Positions 26,915 to 36,760 of a DNA stretch of 64,000 nt are shown piece by piece (position 1 is the stretch's first letter; every line of letters starts with the position of its first letter). A program made the position numbers and the translations under genes. The notes below the pieces were generated by a model that worked only from the letters and a program-made list of their open reading frames with translations, was not told the origin of the DNA and did no database searches. Origin of the DNA: Octopus vulgaris (lineage: Eukaryota); the NCBI GenBank assembly GCA_951406725.2, contig OX597824.1:85684001-85748000 (forward strand), written 5' to 3'.

Positions 26915-27187
26915 TAAAAGGTTAAACAGAGAGAGAAAGTGAGAGCTTGTAAGAAAGGTGGAAATAGTCTAAGTGGGAGCCAAAGACAAAGTGAGAGAGT
27001 TGAATTACTTTTCAAGAATGGTGTATTCTTCTTCACTTCTATAGAGAGAACACAACCTTGCTTCCATCAAGATGAAAATTTTGTTGTTGCTTTTATCTGG
27101 AGAACAAAAACACATGAGAGTGATGGTTAGGAAACAATTCATTAGGAACAAAAATAAAAACAAACAAGACATTATCATCATCATCAA

Positions 27188-27220
<33 letters not shown>

Positions 27221-28603
27221 TATTATTATTATTATTTCTACTATAGGCACAAGGCCTGAAATTTTGGGGGAGGGGAATAGTTGATTACATCGACCCCAGT
27301 ATTTCACTGGTACTTAATCTATTGACTGTGAAAGAATAAAAGGCAAAGCCAACCTCGGCAGAATTTAAACTCAGAATGTTAAGAGAGACAAAATGCTGCT
27401 AAGCATTTTGTCCAGCGTGCTAAAGATTCTGCCAGCTCACTGCCTTAATAATAATAATCCTCTCTACCATAGGCACAAGGCTACAAATTTGGTGGAGAAG
27501 GGGTTAGTCTATTACACTGAGCCCAGTACACATCATCATTGTCATTTAACGTCCACTTTCTATACTGGTATGGGCTGGACGGTTTGACTGAGGGCTGGCG
27601 AGCCAGAAGGCTGCACCAAGCTCCAATCCAATCTGGCAAAATTTCTACAGCTTGATGTCCTTCATAGTACCAACCACTCCAAGAATGTAGTGGGTGATTT
27701 TTACGTGCCACCAGCACAAAAGCGATTCAAGTGGTAGTGGTATCAATCATGCTCGAATGGTGCTTTTTATGTGCCACCAGCACAGGACCAGTCAGGCAGC
27801 ACTGGCATCAACCACGCTCAAATGGTGCTTTTTACATACCACTGGCACGGGCACCAATCAGGTGGAGTTGATTAGTCCAAACCTAATACTTACCCAATAC
27901 TTAACCGATACTAATTTTGCTGACACCTGGAAGAATGAGAGGTTAAGTCTAAACTGTGGCAGCATTTGAATAGAGAATGTAAACAACATAACTTGATACT
28001 ATAGAAAAATTAGAATTTCTGAGCCACACACCTAAGAGTTTGACGTAATCAAGATCAGCATTGACACAAACTGACAAGTTGCTGGGAAGAGTCCAGGGTG
28101 TGGTAGTCCAGGCGACAAGGGATACTTCTGGGTCATCCAGGAGAGGAAAACTCACAATAACTGTAAGAAGAGAAGAAAACACAAAGTGAGTCATTTTGGT
28201 GAGAATGGGGAAATAAATTTAAGATCAACAAACTATTTGTTCTATAGTATTTTATAAAAAACAATTTACACAGAAATTTCAGAATCTTTAGTCCTTAATT
28301 CTAGTTACATCTTTCTCTGTCTACAACGTGAGTGAGCGAGTGGTTTTTTGAGTGTGTGAGTGGCTGAGTGAGTGAGTGAGTGGCTGAGTGAGTGAGTGAG
28401 TGGCTGAGTAGGTGAGTGAGTGAGTGGCTGAGTAGGTGAGTGAGTGAGTGGGTGAGTGAGTGGGTGAGTGGTTGAGAGGCTGAGTGAGTGAGGAGTGAGT
28501 GAGTGGCTGAGTGAGTGAGTGAGGAGTGAGTGAGGAGTGAGTGAGTGAGGAGTGAGTGAGTGAGTGAGTGAGTGTGTGTGTGCACATATGTCTACATATA
28601 AAT

Positions 28604-28644
<41 letters not shown>

Positions 28645-31600
28645 GGTACCAAAACAATTTATTATCCTATCTGGAGTACCAGATGAACCCGCACCACAGC
28701 AAGAAACACAAAAGACAGCTCTGTTCAATCCACAACTTCACTAGAACCAATTCCAGAAACAGGACAGAAAAATGAGTCTAAAACAAACAAGCATTAACAC
28801 TAATGCAAACGCCCCAGCATGGCCACAGCCCCAAGCTGAAACCACCGCTTGAAAACCTGTGCTGGTTGGTACGTCTCCAAACATTAGCGGTTCGGCAAGT
28901 GACCGATAAAACAAATACCAGACTTTAAAAATACCGTAAATCCTCGAGTATAGACCACCCTTGAGTATAATACGCAGGGGATTTTTAGGGGGCTGTACCC
29001 CTGAAAAACCTAAACCTTGTGTATAATACGCACCTCTTCTCTAACTTGAGTCAAGGAGGTCTATATAACGTCCTTGGTTTGTAAAAATGTATACGATAAC
29101 GTCCTTTATTATTATTGTATATATAACATAATGCAAACGTGTAGCTTTTTTGTGCATTTTATTTGCCGAAAATAAAGAAATAACAGTAATAACGTTTAAT
29201 AAAAGTTGCTTACTGCAAGTTATGGATGATTCTTTTATGACTTCATTGCTTTCTGGCTTAGCTTAAAGTATTTTCGTGCCCGACGTCACAAAATGCGTCT
29301 GAATAAACATTGCTGGACAGCAAATAGAGACTCGGACATTGCTTAGAAAATATTTTTCATTTTTAACCTCGTATATAGTACGCACTAGGGATTTTGACCA
29401 TTAAATTTTTGGGAAAAAATGCGGATTATACTCGAGGATTTACAGTAATAGAATAATAGAACAGAATAATAACAATTGGAGGAGCAGACAATCTATACAC
29501 TTACCCAACTATGAACCAGGATAGTGTTTTGTTATCCAAGGGTTTTGTTAAGAGAGAAAGATGGTTATTGAAGCCAATGCAGTTACCTAATAAAATGCCA
29601 CATATAGCTACAAGTGTATATAGAAAGTACAATCATGACAGTATATATGATGTCTAAACCATATCTCTCTGCAACAGACTGAACAAATGAAAAATGTTTA
29701 ATATTTACTCGCAGGATCGTTGACTTCTTTATAATTCTGACCAACTTCAAAGTTAGACAAAGGAGTGCTGCAAGCTGTAGAGAAGGGCATCACCTGAAAT
29801 ATAGAAATATCAGAGTGTCAAAGTACATGGTGTAATTGCTCTGTGCTTGTGTATTGTCATGTGTGTGTGTGTGTGTCTAGTCATGTGTGTGTGTGTGTCT
29901 AGTCATGTGTGTGTGTGTGTGTGTGTCTAGTCATGTGTGTGTGTGTGTGTGTGTCTAGTCATGTGTGTGTGTGTGTGTCTAGGTCTAGTCGTGTGTGTGT
30001 GTGTGTGTCTAGTCAAATGTGTGTGTGTGTCTAGTCGTGTGTGTGTGTCTAGTCGTGTGTGTGTGTGTCTAGTCGTGTGTGTGTGTGTCTAGTCGTGTGT
30101 GTGTGTGTCTAGTCGTGTGTGTGTCTAGTCGTGTGTGTGTGTCTAGTCGTGTGTGTGTGTCTAGTCGTGTGTGTGTGTGTCTAGTCATGTGTGTGTGTGT
30201 CTAGTCGTGTGTGTGTGTGTGTCTAGTCGTGTGTGTGTGTATGTGTGAGAGAGAGAGAGAGAGAGTGTGTGTGTGTTTTATAGTATCCCGCCATAAAATA
30301 AATCCTCTTCAGTAAATTCTGTCTGACCCATGGAAAAGTAGATGTTAAAATGAGGATGATGATGAAATCATACTCTACTGTAATGCGGCACCCTTACACA
30401 ATCAACCACTGCATAACAGCAACTGAAGTGGATCCTATCTAAGGTTCTGGAACCTGTGAGTTGCTCTCAGATTACTGGTTAACTACAGCAATACAGGAAA
30501 AGGATCTTCTTTGATTACAGATAAAATAAGCTTTGAAAATGACAGTTTCCTAACTTGGCAGAAGAGAACATATATATTCAATTACCTTGTAACCTTTGTA
30601 AACCAATCCCTTGACAAAAAGCTGGCGGAACATGTACCAGACTGATTCCATGAAAGTCGGGTACATGGTTTTGTAATCATTGTCAAAATCTATCCAACGA
30701 CCCAGCCTTGTGACGATACACTGAAAGAAGAACAACGAAAAACATGGTAATTGATTAATTACAAATTTTGATTCTTTAAACAGTCACAGGATCAATTTTT
30801 GTAGGAACTGGTATTGGAGCTGAATCCTACTAGTAATTATTTTATCAACTTAAATGAACATTATTCATTACTTTCTGGTCCATTTTCACAAAATGGCAAT
30901 AAAATATGATGAAACAGTATTGGCCTCTCTTGTCATTTTGACAACTTACCCTCCATCAGGCATTTGCCATATTCTGAACGCCTTACTTCCCTGGGCATGA
31001 ATACATTGAAACTCCGACGTCTGGCAGCTGACTTGGCAGACACCCATAAAAATAATTAACCATCTTACTAACAATAACTCTGAGCACCTTTTCAAACTCC
31101 ACCTGTCTAACACCCGTGGACATGTTTACAAAGTCAGAAAACAGCACAGCTCCCATGACTTCAGGAAACATTTTTTCACGCTAAGAGTTGCTAAAGTATG
31201 GAACAAACTACCAGCATCAGTTGTTAGTTGTCGGAGCACTGCATCCTTCAAAACTTCCATGCTTCCTGAGATTCGCCAACACTACACCTGATTTTCTCCC
31301 CTCCATACAGACGCAAGCATGTATCTGATTCATACACTGTTCACTTCCCAGACATTTGTACATTACTACATATGTTTTATACGCACTTTTGACAGGTTGT
31401 GGTGCACCTGAGCACTGTATGCAATAATTTCATTATTATTAGCAGGACACAGTTGCACAGTGTTCTAAGAACACTGTTGCAACACAGTGACAATTGAGAG
31501 ACACTGTAGACAACTGAAAAACCTATATAACTACATCTTGTAGCAGAAGTGCACTGCATTGTCACTTGTGCTCTCTATTGAAAGGTACATTGATAGGGCC

Positions 31601-34600
31601 GGTGAAAGCTGGGTACTATGATCAAGATCACAATTATACTGCAGAAAACTCATCTAACTTTGAATGAAAATTGATATAGAGGATTTTTTGTCCTGTCACA
31701 GACAAACACTAGATAACATTATATCATGCCAATCATCATCATCATTGTTTAACGCCCGCTTCCGTGCTAGCATGGGTTGGACGGTTCGACTGGGGTCTGG
31801 GAAGCCAGGAGGCTGCACCAGGCCCAGTCTGATCTGGCAGTGTTCCTACAGCTGGATGCCCTTCGTAACGCCAACCACTCTGAGAGTGTAGTGGGTGCTT
31901 TTTACATGCCACCAGCACAGGAGCCAGGCGAGGCCGGCAACGGCCACGATCGGTTGGTGCTTTTTATGTGCCACTGGCACAGAGGCCAGTCGAGGTGTCG
32001 CTGGCAACGGCCATGTTTGGATGGTTCTTTTACATGCCACCGGCACTGGTATCACAACTGCAATTTCCATTGATTTTTGGCATGATATAATGTTATCTAG
32101 TACACACAGTAAAGTGGTTTATGATAGGAAGAATATCTAGTTGTAAAATCATGCCAGGTAAGCATTACACAAACAATGACAATATTGATTGGTTATCTCC
32201 ATTGCTATATAAGAAAATAACAAAGGATTTCTGCAAATGACGGGATGATGTCTAAGACACATCCAGTCAATGCCAAAATGGAAAAATAAAAATAAAATGA
32301 TAAGGAATATATCTAAGACTACACTATCCAATGTGTCCAGCTATTTTGGGGATGACAGGCTGCGCTTTGACGGAAATTTGGTTGTTATTTCTAGCAAGGC
32401 AATCTATTACATTTGCTTGCCATTCATCTGTTAGAAATCGTAGCAGTTGGGTGCAGATATATATCTGGGAGTCAAACTTGAAGTTTGGTAGTTGAGGGGG
32501 GTCAGTAGTGACTTTTGAAGTTATTAGTCAACTCAAGTCACTAATCCAGAAGATTGAACCTCTTTACTAGCATACATGAAATCTTATTTTGAATTAATGA
32601 TAGAGTCACGCAACCGACAAGAAATAAAAGTCAAATCTCCCTTGAACCACAGCCTACCACTGTTTAAAAAAAAGAAAAGTAAGGTCAAATTGAACAATGA
32701 AGTTCTGGATATACTAAATGGCATGGTTGGAACACCTTGAGGATTGCCAAACGAGAGCTAAATAATGACGGCAAATTTCTCATTTATGCATATATGGACA
32801 AAAGCATAATCACATATATTTTTTTTTTTTCAAAAATTGAATTTGAAATTAAAATTCTAATAAATTGAAAATTGGCAAAAAAGTGGTAAAAAGAAACGAA
32901 CCTTCCATTCTTTTGAATATCTCATCACAATTTTGCGGCATTCTTGGTTGTAAGCAGCAATTCCTATCTTTTCCACATCTTCTGGACCTTTGATATTTAA
33001 GGTTTTGTCAATCTCAAATTCCTGGTAAGTAATAATAATAACAACAATAATAATAATAACAACAAAACCGATCTCAAATTTTGGCAGAAGGCCAGCAATT
33101 TCAGAGGAGTTAATTACAATGAGCCTAGTGCTCAACTAGTACTAATTTTATTGACCCCAAAAGGATGAAAGGTAAAGTTGACCTCGGCGGAATTTGAACT
33201 CAGAACATAACGGCAGACGAAATACCGCTAAGCATTTCGCCCGGCGTGCTAACGTTTCTGCCAGTTCGCCGCCTTAAGAATTCTGCCAGCTTGCTGCTCT
33301 ATCTCACACAATCATATTGAGAAAAGGAAGGAGGATGAATTGGACAATGCAATCTTCAATATACAAAAAGGTAGTACACTTTCAGCTAAAACATCCTTAA
33401 TCATAAATCTGCTCTATCAAGGCTGCTTTGGGGTTAAACAGCTACCCCCACATACTATTTGCTACACTTTAATTGATTTACTTACAACAGGCAGTCCATG
33501 GCAATCCCAACCAAAGCGCCGCTCCACGTAGTACCCTTTCAAACTGGCATATCTGGTGACAATGTCTTTGATGGTTCCAGCCAAAATATGTCCATAATGG
33601 GGCAGACCAGTAGCAAATGGGGGTCCATCATAGAAGCTATATCTGCAATACAAAAATAATCTGTCAGAAATACTGTACTTGCAAAACAAATGTGTGTTCA
33701 CGTCTGAATGAGTGTATGCGTGTCTATGTAGATGTGTGTGTTTATATGCATGGATGTATATGTATACAGACACAAACACACAGATGTGTGTGTGTGTGTG
33801 TATTAAATAAATTATTTTTAATGGTGGAACTCAAAGTAGATAAATGATTTCAAAATCTGGCACAAGGCCAGCAGTTTCATGTGGGAGGCACATGGCCTAG
33901 TGGTTAGAACAGCGGACTCGTGGTCGAGGGATCGCGGGTTCGAATCTCAGACTGAGCGATGTGTGTGTTTATGAACGAAACACCTAAGCTCCACATGACT
34001 CTGGCAGAAGGTAATGGCAAACTTCTGATGACTCTTTTGCTACAACTTTCTCTCACTCTTTCCTGCTGAATCTTGCAGCTCACCTGCGACAGACTGGCAT
34101 CCCGTCCAGGTGGGGAACCTTTATGCCAAGGAAACCAGGAAACCAGCCCTTATGAGCCAGGCATGGCTCGAGAAGGAACAAACTAAAGTTTCAGGGAAGG
34201 ATCAACCCCAGAGCTCAAGTGGTACTTATGTTATTGACTCTGAAAGGATGAAAGGTAAAGTCAAACTTCAGCGTAATTTGAACTCAAGAGTTCAACTGCT
34301 AAGCAATTTGTTTGGCACAATAAGGATTCTGCCAGCTTGCCACCTCAAAGAAAATAGATAACAATAAATAACAGTGGTTAGAATATTAGGTTAAACGAAA
34401 AACATTGGATGAAAAGAAAGTCAAGAGCTTCCCACAGTCTCCAGCCTTCAGCTTTTTTTTTTTTTATCCAAAGAGTTTTTAACTCAATATTCTGCATTAC
34501 TATTTATAGCTTTATCTATTTTTTTCAGTTCCATCATCAAAAATAATTTACTTCATGTTTCTTGAAGTTTTTAAATTCTTATAGAGTGTGTAATGAATGG

Positions 34601-36517
34601 ATGGATGATATGGGGTGAGATGAGGAAGGAGGAGTGGAGGGAGAGGTAGATGGAGGGAGAGGTGGATGGAGGGAGAGGTGGATGGACAGAGAGGTGGATG
34701 GAGAGAGAGGTGGATGGAGAGAGAGGTGGATGGAGAGAGAGGTGGATGGAGAGAGAGGTGGATGGAGAGAGAGGTGGATGGAGAGAGAGGTGGATGGAGG
34801 GAGAGGTGGATGGAGAGGTGGATGGAGAGAGAGGTGGATGGAGAGAGAGGTGGATGGAGGGAGAAGTGGATGGATGGAGGTGGGGATGGATGGATGAATG
34901 CATAGATGGCTGGATGTATATATGTATCCCTGCATACATGTACACATGTGACCATGCAGTGTTTGAACAGTTTAATGACAACGAATATTGCTAGTTTGTT
35001 TAGATTAATTTCTCATCAACATCTTCTTCACCTCACCATTGAAACCACAGTTAAAACCTGTGAACACATTAAGAAGACAACACAAAACCCTTAAACATTT
35101 CCTTACCTTGGTCGCCCCTCGCTGAGTTTCATGGATGTTTGAAATGCATCGATCTCTTCCCATAGTTGAAGGATTTTCTCCTCTTCATTAGGGAAGTCGA
35201 TAGTTTCAGAGACTGTTTGTGCCATAGATTGAACCCTAAAAAATAGAACAATAAAACAAGGTTATAGGGATCAGCAGCACCACAAACTAAGCCCTTGAGA
35301 AAAGGGCAGAAGGAAAAAATGCTTCCAAACAATTTGAAGTATAGGGTTAACCCTTTGGTGTTCAAATTAATATGTCAGAAGTAATCCTTATTCATTTACA
35401 TTTTAAAAAATTAACCTGGTATTATCTTGTAGCTTCAAGATTTGAAAGATGTAATTGTTTATTTTTAGAATGACATTGCAGGGTAGGTGTGAGATGCTGG
35501 TTCTGGCCAGTTTGAGCATAAAATGAGTAGAATATTTGGGCCAGATATAGCCGGTTTAAACACTAAAGGGTTAAACCTTGAAGAACAAAAGAAAATGTTT
35601 TAGACAAGATTTTAAGGGATACAATATTGGGTGATGATGCACAGGCAAGAAGGACCAGCAGTGGTCCCTACCAAATTTTCATGATCCACAACAACTGTAT
35701 CCAACTGTAATAATGCAAAGGAAAATAAATTTATATTTGATGGTCATTGAACTTTCCCTTGTGAATTTCGAGGAAGCGTTTCTGTAAAGGTTGTACATTA
35801 TAGGCACGGGTATGGCCACCACCATCATCATTTTAGCATCCACTTTTCCATGCTTGCATGGGTCAGTCTGAATTTGTTGAGGTTTCTCTTCTACAGATGC
35901 ATACTTTTCCATTCACCAACCCTTACCTGTCTCCAAGTAATGTAATATTTTTCCATGACTGGAGATGTTGGAAATGAAGGACACTTTGCATGACAAAAAC
36001 ATTTTGTTTACAACTCTCGTGTGATATCAAGGCAAGCAGACAGTAACATACATACACACACACACACACACAGTTAATTCAAATAAACAAACAATTAAAA
36101 AAAACAGAGAATAAAAGAAAAAACAAACATGAGGACGTGCACAAGAAATATATTAATTTGGCGCTCGGGGAAGAGAGAATTGTTGTTAACATTTCAGGTA
36201 CAGCTTTTCATTGGAAACAGGGAAGTCCAGAGAAAGAAGGGAAAATGAGGAAAACAAAATCACCAACAGAACACATGTAGTTACATTTCTTATATATGTA
36301 TATATATATGTTCTTTTATTCTTTTACTTGTTTCAGTCATTTGACTGTGGTCATGCTGGAGCACCGCCTCGAGGGGTTTTAGTCAAACAAATAGACCCCA
36401 GGACTTATTTTTTAAGCCTAGTATTTATTCTATCAGTCTCTTTTGCTGAACCACTAAATTACGGGGATGTAAACACACCAACACCGGTTGTCAAGTGATG
36501 ATGGGAAGACAAATACA

Positions 36518-36563
<46 letters not shown>

Positions 36564-36716
36564 GGGCTTCTTTCAATTTCCATCTACCAAATTCACTCAT
36601 GAGGTTTTGGTCAGCCCGAGGCTGAAGTAGAAAAGTAGAAGACATATGCCCAAGGTGGGACTGAACTGGGAACCATGTGGTTGGGAAGAAAGATTCCTAC
36701 CACACAGTTATGTATG

Positions 36717-36760
<44 letters not shown>

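Noticed and set aside
29707-29712. Possible GC-AG donor (GCGAGT) at exon 6
   Set aside because: It would be phase 0 and put exon 7 out of frame (TTA TTG TGA). The GT donor 4 nt later restores DPAIIVSFP.
29858-30240. Repeat-spacer pattern reminiscent of CRISPR
   Set aside because: The repeat is only 6-7 nt, the spacers are pure (TG)n, and this is a eukaryotic intron with no cas genes.
34548-34994. Six overlapping repetitive ORFs
   Set aside because: Produced by a stop-free 16-bp minisatellite.
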